From an uncultured Eggerthellaceae bacterium (GTDB lineage: Bacteria > Actinomycetota > Coriobacteriia > Coriobacteriales > Eggerthellaceae), in the NCBI GenBank assembly GCA_964411215.1, contig CAYPKC010000002.1, positions 2,099 to 34,329 on the forward strand: DNA of 32,231 nucleotides, given 5' to 3'. Below are positions 10,070 through 18,883 of the stretch, in pieces (within the stretch, counting starts at the first letter, position 1; each line of letters begins with the position of its first letter). The position numbers were made by a program, and so were the translations under genes. The notes under the pieces are model-generated. The model ran no database searches. It was given only the letters and a program-made list of their open reading frames with translations, and was not told the DNA's origin.

Positions 10070-11011
10070 ATGGGCATTATGGATAACGTCATGGATTCTT
10101 TCAACAAAGGTGCCGATGCCGTTGTTGGCGCTGCAACGAAAGGTGCTTCTGCTGTCAAAGATGCTGCCTCAAATGTTTTGATCGAAAACGCGGACTTCGT
10201 CAAAGACTTCGCGCGGCTGTGCACCCAAGGTTTCAACTTGGGCTTTCATGAAAGAAATGGTGGCAATCTCAGTTACCTCTTAACGCAGAACGACCTTGAT
10301 GCCGTCTACAAAAGCTTCAACAATACTCCCGGAACGTGGGTGGCTTTAGAGGTGTGCGAGCCGTCGCTCGCGGGTGCTTTCTTCCTGGTCACCGCAACTG
10401 GCAGCTATATGCAAAACATCGCACAAGAGCCCAAAGAAAACCTTGGCATCTTGGAGATCAATGCGGAAGGAAACGCGTATCGAGTTGTGTGGGGCTTTGC
10501 GGAAGGCGGCGCTCCCACCTCAGAATTCCCGTCGCACTTCATGATCCATGCGATACGCCAAAAAGCTACGGGCGGGAAAAGCCGCGTTCTCTACCACGCC
10601 CATCCGAAAAGCGTCATTGCCACCACCTTCGTACTTCCCCTTGATGCAAAAACGTTTTCGCGCATGCTTTGGAAGTCTATGACCGAATGCGTCATGGTTT
10701 TTCCCGAAGGCGTTGGTGTGGTGCCGTGGATGGTTCCAGGCGGCGCAGACATCGCAAAGGCAACGGCCGAGCAAATGGAGACATACCCTGCATGCATCTG
10801 GGCACAGCATGGCGTTTTTGCATCGGGCGAGACCTTCGATGCCACCCTTGGCCTTATGCATTGCATTGAAAAAGCAGCTGACATTTACGTGCATGCCCGC
10901 AGTATGAATGGCGGCAACGATAGTTTCGCCAACACTATTCCTGATGAAGGGCTCAAACAAACAGCGCTTGAGTATGGCGTGACACTCAATACGTCGTTAC
11001 TTGAGAAGTAA
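10070..11011 (+). CDS. rhaD: Rhamnulose-1-phosphate aldolase-like class II aldolase with about 35-aa N-terminal extension
   Basis: Near-collinear with E. coli RhaD: ERNGGNLSY, FLVTATGSYM, ILEINAEGNAY, PTSEFPSHF, YHAHP, VFPEGVGVVPWMVPG, HGVFASGETFD. RBS AAGGAG lies 7 nt before ATG 10070. Confidence 0.8.
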   Translation: MGIMDNVMDSFNKGADAVVGAATKGASAVKDAASNVLIENADFVKDFARLCTQGFNLGFHERNGGNLSYLLTQNDLDAVYKSFNNTPGTWVALEVCEPSLAGAFFLVTATGSYMQNIAQEPKENLGILEINAEGNAYRVVWGFAEGGAPTSEFPSHFMIHAIRQKATGGKSRVLYHAHPKSVIATTFVLPLDAKTFSRMLWKSMTECVMVFPEGVGVVPWMVPGGADIAKATAEQMETYPACIWAQHGVFASGETFDATLGLMHCIEKAADIYVHARSMNGGNDSFANTIPDEGLKQTALEYGVTLNTSLLEK

Positions 11012-11033
11012 CGACGCGCGGATAAACATGCGC

Positions 11034-12185
11034 TTAGCTCTCGTCTTTTTGCTCTGCCATGATGGCGGCAAAGTCCGACATCACATCGGCAATAGGAATC
11101 TGTTGCGGACACACCTCTTCGCACGTGCGGCATCCAATACAGGCACTCGGCTTTTTATCGTCGGGCAAAGCGCTGAGCGCCATGGGTGCCATGAAGTCTT
11201 TGCTTCCCGTCAGAACACGCTGATTGTAGAGTGCAATGAGTGCCGGAATGTTCAGCTCTTGCGGGCAATAGCTTGTGCAATAACTGCATGCCGTGCACGG
11301 AACCGAATCGTCCGTGAGCTCCTTTGCTATATCCATAAGCACCGCAAGCTCAGTGCTGTTCAAGGGTTCATCCGTCTCAAAGATGCGCAGATTGTCTTTC
11401 ATCTGCTCTCTGTTCGACGTTCCCGACAAAATGGTGGTAACCCCGGGAATGCTTTGCAGATAGCGCATCGACCATTCGGCTACACTCACCCCAGGGCGCA
11501 GCTCCTGGAATTTCTGGATGTACTTTTCCGGAATATCTAACAGTTTTCCTCCGCGCAAAGGTTCCATAACCCAAATCGGTATGCCCATGTCGTTCAGGCG
11601 CTCGACCTTGTACTTGGCATTTTGGAACTCCCAATCAAGCCAGTTCAGCTGGATCTGGCAAAACTCCATGTCTTTGCCGTATGCATCTAGAAACCTATCG
11701 AACGTTTCTTTGTCTCCATGGACCGAAAAGCCCAGATGCTTAATGGTGCCCGCGCGTTTTTGCTCCATGAGATAGGTGTAAATGCCGTAACGCGCATCGT
11801 CGAGATAGGCATCAATGTTCATCTCGCACACATTGTGGAAGAGATAGAAATCAAAGTAATCCACCTGGCAGCGACTCAACTGCCGAGCGAATATCTCTTC
11901 GACCTTGCCCCACAGCTTCTTATCATAGCCTGGGAATTTGGTCGCAAGATAGAAGCTCTCACGATCATAGTCGCGCAAGATTGAGCCAACGATCTCTTCA
12001 GATTTTCCATCATGATAGCCATAGGCGGTGTCGAAATAATTGACGCCGCCTTCAAACGCCATCTTGATCATTTCTTTTGTCTGGGGAATATCAACATCGC
12101 CATCAGCATCGCCGATCTTGGGAAGGCGCATGGTTCCCATCGCGAATTGGGAGATATCAAGTGATTCAAACTTTTTGAATATCAT
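11034..12185 (-). CDS. Aldo/keto reductase with C-terminal 4Fe-4S ferredoxin-like domain (COG1453-type)
   Basis: AKR core (GTMRLP, NYFDTAYGYHDGKSEE, HLGFSVHG) plus two Cys clusters: CTACSYCTSYCP and CIGCRTCEEVCP. Start set to ATG 12185 after GGAAGGA. Confidence 0.85.
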   Translation of the reverse strand: MIFKKFESLDISQFAMGTMRLPKIGDADGDVDIPQTKEMIKMAFEGGVNYFDTAYGYHDGKSEEIVGSILRDYDRESFYLATKFPGYDKKLWGKVEEIFARQLSRCQVDYFDFYLFHNVCEMNIDAYLDDARYGIYTYLMEQKRAGTIKHLGFSVHGDKETFDRFLDAYGKDMEFCQIQLNWLDWEFQNAKYKVERLNDMGIPIWVMEPLRGGKLLDIPEKYIQKFQELRPGVSVAEWSMRYLQSIPGVTTILSGTSNREQMKDNLRIFETDEPLNSTELAVLMDIAKELTDDSVPCTACSYCTSYCPQELNIPALIALYNQRVLTGSKDFMAPMALSALPDDKKPSACIGCRTCEEVCPQQIPIADVMSDFAAIMAEQKDES

Positions 12186-12321
12186 GTTACATCCTTCCAC
12201 AAACGTTACGAATGCCGCAGGTAGACCCCATAATTTGCTTTACCCTATTTTAATGCTATTTACAAGTTAAGTAGTATTATTGATGCTGCAATAAAAGCGT
12301 CTGGAGAGATGGGCTGAGTGC

Positions 12322-13278
12322 ATGATTTCATTTTTCAAATCAGAACAAGGCGAAATAACCAGGATCGATGACATGGAACCTGGTTGTTGGGTCGATGTTC
12401 TGCAACCCACCTCAGAAGACCGGGAATGGCTACTTGACAAACTCGAGCTCGTTCCCGAGTTTGTCAAAAGCGCCTTCGATGACGAAGAAACGGCACATGT
12501 CGACGTCGATGATGATACGGGTCAAGTGCTCGTCACAGTCGACTGCCCGTTTGTGGAAGCCGAAGACGAGGTTGACGATAAATCCATCACGCAATATGAC
12601 ACGCACCCTTTGACGTTTATCTTTTTGCCTGAACGCGAATGCTTTGTGACGTTCAGCTTGCGCCGCAATGAGACCGTAGCGAATTTCGCCTACGGCCGGG
12701 TTCACAACGTCTATACCGAGCGTCGCACGCAATTCCTCTTAAAGATGCTTTTGCGTGTCACGCAGCGATACCTTGTGTGTCTGCGCTCCATCAATCGGCA
12801 AATCCGTGAATACGAACGCTCTCTGCGCGCCACCATGCAAAATACCGAGCTCATGAAAATGCTCGGTTTGGAGAAATCGCTTGTCTACTTCTCCACCTCT
12901 CTGCAAGGCCTTGAGTCAACGGTCTCGCGCATCGAGTACGGACGCGTGCTGGAGTTCAACGAAGATGACAAGGATCTTCTCGACGACGTGAAAATCGAGA
13001 TCGCGCAATCAACTGAAATGTGCTCCATCTATACTCACATTCTTGAAAGCGTCATGGATACGTTCTCAAATGTGATTAGCAATAATTTGAACTACACGAT
13101 ACGAACATTGACCGTGATCACCCTCATCATGGCAATTCCGACTATCATATTTAGTTTTTACGGCATGAACGTAGCAGGGCTTCCGCTTGTCAACCTATGG
13201 TGGTTCCCGTTCGTAATTGCCTTAATTATCTGCATTGTGGCAGTAGTGGTACTAAGAAAGGGTCGTTTTTTGAAATGA
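12322..13278 (+). CDS. CorA-family divalent metal ion channel
   Basis: 318 aa with a soluble N-domain and two C-terminal TM helices carrying the signature FYGMNV (GMN motif). The stop overlaps the next start (ATGA). Confidence 0.82.
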   Translation: MISFFKSEQGEITRIDDMEPGCWVDVLQPTSEDREWLLDKLELVPEFVKSAFDDEETAHVDVDDDTGQVLVTVDCPFVEAEDEVDDKSITQYDTHPLTFIFLPERECFVTFSLRRNETVANFAYGRVHNVYTERRTQFLLKMLLRVTQRYLVCLRSINRQIREYERSLRATMQNTELMKMLGLEKSLVYFSTSLQGLESTVSRIEYGRVLEFNEDDKDLLDDVKIEIAQSTEMCSIYTHILESVMDTFSNVISNNLNYTIRTLTVITLIMAIPTIIFSFYGMNVAGLPLVNLWWFPFVIALIICIVAVVVLRKGRFLK

Positions 13279-14696
13279 GAAATGTACGGATCAGTGACGA
13301 AACAATGAAACGTGGAGCTCTGACCAAAGAGCTCTCTTTAACTTTTAAGGAAAAACTCGAGCTTGCAAAGCTTCTTGATAACTCCGGTGTTTCTGTAATT
13401 GAAATCGAGGGCATTGAAAAACCGAAAGCAGATGCGCTTCGCATTAAATCCATCTCATCGCTGACGAAAAAATGCACGCTTGCGGTGCCGGTCAAGCTCG
13501 ATGGCTCAGATGTCGAAGATATTTGGGCAGCACTTGAAGAAGCGACTTCGGCGCGTCTGCAGGTGCAAGTCGCAACCAGCCCTTCCCGCATGGAATATGT
13601 CCATAAACTGAAAGCTGAAACCCTTGTCAGCGTTGTTGCAGACACCATAAAGCAGTGCCGCGAATTCACCGACAATGTCGAGTTCATTGCCGAAGACGCA
13701 ACGCGTACCGACAGCGATTACCTTGCAACCATTGTGCGTACCGCCATCGATGCCGGCGCCACCACCGTTACCATCTGCGACGATGCCGGAAAGATGCTGC
13801 CTGATGAGTTCAAGCAGTTCATGGCGCAGCTGAAAAGCGATATTCCCGAGTTGGAGCATGTCACGTTAGGCATTTCGGTCTCAAACGATCTGTTTATGGC
13901 CGTGTCTTCCACCATGGCTGGCATTATCGAGGGTGCCGGCGAAGTGAAGACGACCACCTATCCGCTCGGTGTGACGCAGCTTCCGAAACTTGCCCGCGCC
14001 ATCGCAAGTAAAAGCGACAGCTATGGGTTCGAGACGACCTTGAACATGACTGCCCTCAACCGCACGGCGCTCCAAATTGAACGTATTTGCGAACAAGGCA
14101 AGGTGAAGTCAACTTCGTTTGCCGCTGCTGCCGTCTCAGAGACCGAAAGCGATATCACGCTGTCTGTGCATGACAGCCGCGAAGCTGTTGCAGAATGCGT
14201 AACGCAGCTCGGATACGATTTGACCGACGAAGACATTTCGCTCGTCTACGAGTCATTTATGCGGATTGCCTCTAAAAAGGAAAACGTCGGCGGGAAAGAA
14301 CTTGATGCCATTGTGGCTTCTGTTGCCATGCAGGTGCCTCCGACCTACAAGCTTGAGCGCTACACGATCAACTCAGGCAACTCTATTAAGGCGACCGCCT
14401 ATCTCAAGATCATTATCGGCGACAAAGCGATTGAGAAAACAGGCATGGGAGATGGCCCCATTGACGCCGCCTTCGCTGCAATTGATGAGATTGTGGGCAA
14501 AACCTACGAGCTTGATGATTGGCAAATGGCTGCCGTCACCGAAGGCCAAGAAGCTATGGGCGAGGCGGTTATTAAGCTGCGCTCCGACGGCAAGGTTTAC
14601 TCGGGCCGCGGTATTTCAACCGACATTATCGGCTCAAGTATCCGCGCCTACCTGAATGCGTTGAACAAGGTCGTCTTTGAGGAGGATAACCAATGA
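13275..14696 (+). CDS. 2-isopropylmalate/citramalate synthase-like protein with degenerate active site (probable pseudoenzyme)
   Basis: HMGL-like TIM barrel collinear with LeuA (EDATRT, ATTVTICDDAGK) plus a C-terminal LeuA-dimer/regulatory domain (GDGPIDAAFAAI...AVTEGQEAMGEA). The catalytic motifs are replaced: DTTLRDGEQ becomes SDETMKRGAL and HxHND becomes SVSND. Start is ATG 13275 (MRNVRISDE). Confidence 0.75.
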   Translation: MRNVRISDETMKRGALTKELSLTFKEKLELAKLLDNSGVSVIEIEGIEKPKADALRIKSISSLTKKCTLAVPVKLDGSDVEDIWAALEEATSARLQVQVATSPSRMEYVHKLKAETLVSVVADTIKQCREFTDNVEFIAEDATRTDSDYLATIVRTAIDAGATTVTICDDAGKMLPDEFKQFMAQLKSDIPELEHVTLGISVSNDLFMAVSSTMAGIIEGAGEVKTTTYPLGVTQLPKLARAIASKSDSYGFETTLNMTALNRTALQIERICEQGKVKSTSFAAAAVSETESDITLSVHDSREAVAECVTQLGYDLTDEDISLVYESFMRIASKKENVGGKELDAIVASVAMQVPPTYKLERYTINSGNSIKATAYLKIIIGDKAIEKTGMGDGPIDAAFAAIDEIVGKTYELDDWQMAAVTEGQEAMGEAVIKLRSDGKVYSGRGISTDIIGSSIRAYLNALNKVVFEEDNQ

Positions 14697-17212
14697 GACT
14701 TTCCTTCTCTACCCGCGGCTGGGATTCATACACCTGGGAAGAACTGGTAGATGCTGCTGCCGATATGGGCTTTACCGGCATTGAGGTGTACGACCTCTTA
14801 AAACATGAGCGCCTGCTCAAAAAGGGCGAGCCTTTCCACGAATTCAGCGCCCGTGCAACGTCGCGCGAACTGCGCAACAAGGGGCTTTGCATTCCCGTGT
14901 TCGACACGTCCATCGACATATCGGTGGCGGAAGGTGCCGATTCAAAAGGCGCTGGGGCTGGCCGTGCATCCGGCGCAAGCGCGATTGATGGCGTGAAGCA
15001 GCTCATCGATATCGCCGCGATCATGAAGGTCGAAAACGTGTGCGTCAAAGCACAGTTTGGCGATGAGGAAAACGTGAGAGCGGCCCTGGATGAGCTGGTG
15101 CCGTATGCGTGCGAGAAGGATGTGTGCATCCTTGTTGAGACGAGCGGCATGTATGCGGATACCGCACGCTTAATGGCGCTCCTCGACACGTATGCGAACG
15201 ACCACCTTGCAGCCCTTTGGGATGTGCATCATCCGTACCGCGATGCAGGAGAGACCCCTTCCCTTTCTATCGAGCATCTCGGTGCTTATGTGAAGCATGT
15301 CCACATGCGCGATTCCAACGATGATGCCACCTATAATCTGATTGGCGAAGGCACGCTGCCGATAGATCAGATCATGCGCGCGCTGGCGTCCATCAATTAT
15401 GACGGCTTTGTCTCTCTTGAATGGAAGCCAGAATGGATGGATGACCTTACTGACATGGAAATCATCCTGCCGCATTTTGTGAATCGCATGCGCCGCTATC
15501 GCTATACCAGAAGCTCGCGTCCACACTTCTATCCAAACCACGATGGCACCGGCCAGTATCTGTGGAAGAAGGCTGAACTGATCGATTTGACGTTTCCTCA
15601 AGTGCTCGATTATGTCGCCGACGCCTTTCCCGACCAGTATGCGTTCAAATACACCACGCTGGATTACACGCGTACCTATGAAGAATTCCGCAAAGATGTT
15701 GATGATTTCGCCCGCGCGCTCGTGTCGCTGGGAGTAAAGCCTGGCAGCAAGGTGGCGATTTGGGCGACGAACGTGCCGTCATGGTTTATTACGTTTTGGG
15801 CAACGACCAAGATTGGTGCGATTCTGGTAACCGTCAACACCGCCTATAAGATTCATGAAGCGGAATATCTGCTTCGCCAGTCTGACACCCATACGCTGGT
15901 CATGATTGAAGGCGCTCTTGACTCCAACTACCGCGAGATCATAAACGAGCTTTGCCCGGAGATAGCCCAAAGCAAACCGGGCGAGCCGCTGCATTGCGAA
16001 CGGCTGCCTTTCTTAAGGAATGTCATTACCGACGGCTTCAGTATGCCGGGCTGCCTATCGTTTGACGAAGTCTTCGACCGCGCCGATATGGTCTCCCTTG
16101 ATACGATCAACCGCATGGCTGCCAACATCCACCAAGATGATGTGTGCAACATGCAATACACGTCCGGTACCACCGGTTTTCCGAAAGGCGTTATGCTGAC
16201 GCATCGCAATGTGGTCAACGACGGCAAAAGCATCGGCGACCGCATGGGGCTTTCTACGGCAGACCGCATGATGATTCAGGTTCCTATGTTCCACTGCTTC
16301 GGCATGGTGCTTGCCATGACTGCATCCATGACGCACGGCACAACCATGTGCCCTATTCCGTATTTCAGTGCCCGAGCGTCCCTTTCCTGCATCACGCAAG
16401 AGCGCATCACGTGCTTCCATGGCGTTCCGACCATGTTTATCGCGATGTTCAACCATCCCGATTACAGAAAGACCGACTTCTCCCATATGCGTACCGGCAT
16501 TATGGCAGGTGCGGGGTGTCCGCCTGAGCTCATGCGCCGCGCCGCTGATCCTGACGAGATGAATATGACCGGTATTGTGAGCGTATATGGACAGACGGAA
16601 TCTTCCCCTGGCTCAACGCAGTCGACGTGGACTGACTCGCTTGAGCTGCGTACCGAAACGGTTGGATACGCTTTCCCGCATGTTGAATGCAAGATCATCG
16701 ACCCCGAAACAGGCGAAGAGTTGCCCGATGGCGAAGATGGAGAATTCTGCTCTCGCGGCTATAACACTATGAAGGGCTACTACAAGATGCCCGATGCCAC
16801 GCTTGCCGCTATTGATGAAGACGGCTGGCTTCACTCTGGAGATCTAGCCCGCCGCAATCCCGACAAAACGTTTACGATCACGGGCCGTTTGAAGGACATG
16901 ATCATTCGCGGTGGCGAAAACATTTATCCGAAGGAGATTGAAGAGTTCTTCTTGGCGCATCCGAAAGTGCAAGACGTCCAAGTTATTGGCGTGCCCGACG
17001 ACAAATACGGCGAAGAAGTGATGGCCTGGGTCATCATGAATCAAGAAGAAGTCGCTGATGAGGCCGAATTGCGCGCCTACGCAGAAGAGCGGCTTGCGCG
17101 TCACAAAGTTCCGCGTTACTTCAAATTTGTTGACGAGTTCCCTATGAATGCTGCCGGCAAGATTTTGAAGTACAAGATGCGCGAGACTGCCGTCGAAGAG
17201 CTGGGTTTGTAA
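14693..17212 (+). CDS. Fusion protein: xylose-isomerase-like TIM barrel (sugar-phosphate isomerase/epimerase, AP-endonuclease-2 fold) + AMP-forming acyl-CoA ligase
   Basis: Residues about 1-275 are AP_endonuc_2-like (ILVETSG, WDVHH, VHMRD, VSLEW). Residues about 300-839 carry the adenylate-forming motifs YTSGTTGFPKGV, VYGQTESSP, GWLHSGDLA, GRLKDMIIRGGENIYPKEIE and AAGKILK. RBS GAGGAGGA lies 7 nt upstream, and the start overlaps the previous stop (ATGA). Confidence 0.85.
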   Translation: MRLSFSTRGWDSYTWEELVDAAADMGFTGIEVYDLLKHERLLKKGEPFHEFSARATSRELRNKGLCIPVFDTSIDISVAEGADSKGAGAGRASGASAIDGVKQLIDIAAIMKVENVCVKAQFGDEENVRAALDELVPYACEKDVCILVETSGMYADTARLMALLDTYANDHLAALWDVHHPYRDAGETPSLSIEHLGAYVKHVHMRDSNDDATYNLIGEGTLPIDQIMRALASINYDGFVSLEWKPEWMDDLTDMEIILPHFVNRMRRYRYTRSSRPHFYPNHDGTGQYLWKKAELIDLTFPQVLDYVADAFPDQYAFKYTTLDYTRTYEEFRKDVDDFARALVSLGVKPGSKVAIWATNVPSWFITFWATTKIGAILVTVNTAYKIHEAEYLLRQSDTHTLVMIEGALDSNYREIINELCPEIAQSKPGEPLHCERLPFLRNVITDGFSMPGCLSFDEVFDRADMVSLDTINRMAANIHQDDVCNMQYTSGTTGFPKGVMLTHRNVVNDGKSIGDRMGLSTADRMMIQVPMFHCFGMVLAMTASMTHGTTMCPIPYFSARASLSCITQERITCFHGVPTMFIAMFNHPDYRKTDFSHMRTGIMAGAGCPPELMRRAADPDEMNMTGIVSVYGQTESSPGSTQSTWTDSLELRTETVGYAFPHVECKIIDPETGEELPDGEDGEFCSRGYNTMKGYYKMPDATLAAIDEDGWLHSGDLARRNPDKTFTITGRLKDMIIRGGENIYPKEIEEFFLAHPKVQDVQVIGVPDDKYGEEVMAWVIMNQEEVADEAELRAYAEERLARHKVPRYFKFVDEFPMNAAGKILKYKMRETAVEELGL

Positions 17213-17238
17213 CGCGAAGGATTTATATCGCGTAAGAT

Positions 17239-18837
17239 TTATGACACGTCATCAGTAGCGTTTTTTGCTTGGTCGCCTAAGACTTGATCGCGAATAATCT
17301 TGCCGTGTTCCGCTTGACGCGCCCATATATTTTCGCCTTCCGTCACTTCTGACTCTTTGAGTTTCTGTGCAGAGTTGCGTTTTCCGGGCGCATGCGAGCG
17401 TTCGCGCGCTTTTTGCTTTTCCACCCGCTCGGCTTTCCACTTCGCCATATCGCCTTCTATAGCCGAACGTGATATCGGGCGATCAAACGCTTCGCGCTTC
17501 CAGAAAAGCCAGATGGTCAGCAGCAGTGCCGCAATGGCTACTTGCCACGTGCCAATAAAGAGAAACTCTATGCCCGCAATGAGCACGAGCGCTGAGACAG
17601 TAATTGCCCATGCGGTTCGAAAGCGGAAGATAAGGCCGACGGCCAACACCATAAGACCGATCGAACTGAGGATTAAGGGTATGCCGACAACAAGCGAGCT
17701 CATGTCGACCCAGCTGGTCAGCATGGTATAGGGCGTGAGCATGTCAGGCAGCACGGCCACAAGGATATTAACCAGTCCGATCAAGAACACGAGCGTGCCG
17801 GAAATCCATGCAATGTCCTTATGCTTTTGGCGAAGCGTCGGCGACTTTTTCGCTTTGAAGAACCCTGACTGCGAAAGCATCACAGCACCTATGCAGAACG
17901 GAATCCAGAACATGATGCCGCGATAGACGAGTGCGATTGCAGCAGCAGTTGCGACGGTGCAACCATAAGCCGTGAGAATGGCGGTGATCATTGCTTCGAC
18001 AACACCCACGCCTTGCGGAGTGGGGCTCAAAATGACTGAGATTGCCCCGACCGCAAACGCTGCGACAAGAGCTTCCACGTTTTCAAAGCCGAACGCGTAG
18101 CCTATCGCGACAAGGCAGGCCATATTGAGAATGGCTGAAAAGGAGGCATATGAAACAGTGGTGATCGTGCCTTTGGGGTTTTTCGCAAGCAGGTTAGAAG
18201 TGCTGATAAACGAATGCGCCGTTGTCCTTCCCCATCCCGGCTTCAGCGGACGCTTGAACACAGACAGCACTTTATTGAAAAGCTTTTCGAGCAGTATGAA
18301 GACGCGATACAACACGCGCGGCCGTAAGTGTCCTACGAAAAAGAGGCTGGAGAGAATGACCAGTACGCCGGCGAGAAGAAGCCCGCCAATCAAAAAGACG
18401 GTGTTCATGCGCCCGGATATAAGCATTGTTAAAAACCCGATGATGGAGATGACGAAAACGGCTGCAAAATAGCCTATCTGCGAAAGGATGGCGCCACCCG
18501 TTGATTGACCTGCGTCGCATCCTTCGCGGTGCGCGTCATCGATGATGAACGCAACGCCGGTAGCACCGCTGAAGAGGCAAAACGTATTGATGAAGACGAG
18601 CGAGAAGATCAATACGACGTTGTGCCAAAATCCCGTTTTATGCCCGACCGCGTCGAAGGCTGCGTCATAGGATGCCGCTTGGACCAAATGACGGGCGAGC
18701 ATCAAGATAATGGAAATGATGAGCGGTACCAGCGCACCCGTCATCATGGTGTTGAAGAAATCGGCGAGATAATCGACGTTAGCAATGAGGAAACACACTG
18801 CCACAATAGCGAGTATTAGCAGTAATGCTTTTTTCAA
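17239..18837 (-). CDS. Polytopic membrane protein, MprF-like flippase / LPG-synthase-TM (UPF0104) type, without synthase domain
   Basis: About 12-13 predicted TM helices followed by a charged about 80-aa tail (KWKAERVEKQKARER...). The N-terminal architecture resembles lysyl-PG synthase TM/flippase-like domains. TTG start follows GAGGGGAA. The family call is tentative. Confidence 0.45.
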   Translation of the reverse strand: MKKALLLILAIVAVCFLIANVDYLADFFNTMMTGALVPLIISIILMLARHLVQAASYDAAFDAVGHKTGFWHNVVLIFSLVFINTFCLFSGATGVAFIIDDAHREGCDAGQSTGGAILSQIGYFAAVFVISIIGFLTMLISGRMNTVFLIGGLLLAGVLVILSSLFFVGHLRPRVLYRVFILLEKLFNKVLSVFKRPLKPGWGRTTAHSFISTSNLLAKNPKGTITTVSYASFSAILNMACLVAIGYAFGFENVEALVAAFAVGAISVILSPTPQGVGVVEAMITAILTAYGCTVATAAAIALVYRGIMFWIPFCIGAVMLSQSGFFKAKKSPTLRQKHKDIAWISGTLVFLIGLVNILVAVLPDMLTPYTMLTSWVDMSSLVVGIPLILSSIGLMVLAVGLIFRFRTAWAITVSALVLIAGIEFLFIGTWQVAIAALLLTIWLFWKREAFDRPISRSAIEGDMAKWKAERVEKQKARERSHAPGKRNSAQKLKESEVTEGENIWARQAEHGKIIRDQVLGDQAKNATDDVS

Positions 18838-18883
18838 GTGTTCCCCTCGGACGTCTTTTACAAGGACTGACCTTGCACCTCAA

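Noticed and set aside
12201-12321. Possible Mg2+ (M-box) riboswitch upstream of the CorA-like gene, and possible TPP riboswitch upstream of the NMT1/ThiY-like gene (26297..26450)
   Set aside because: The leaders are too short (about 120 and 150 nt) and AT-rich. I could not find the conserved cores (for example the CUGAGA and ACCUGA elements of the THI-box). Only a covariance-model scan could formally exclude them.
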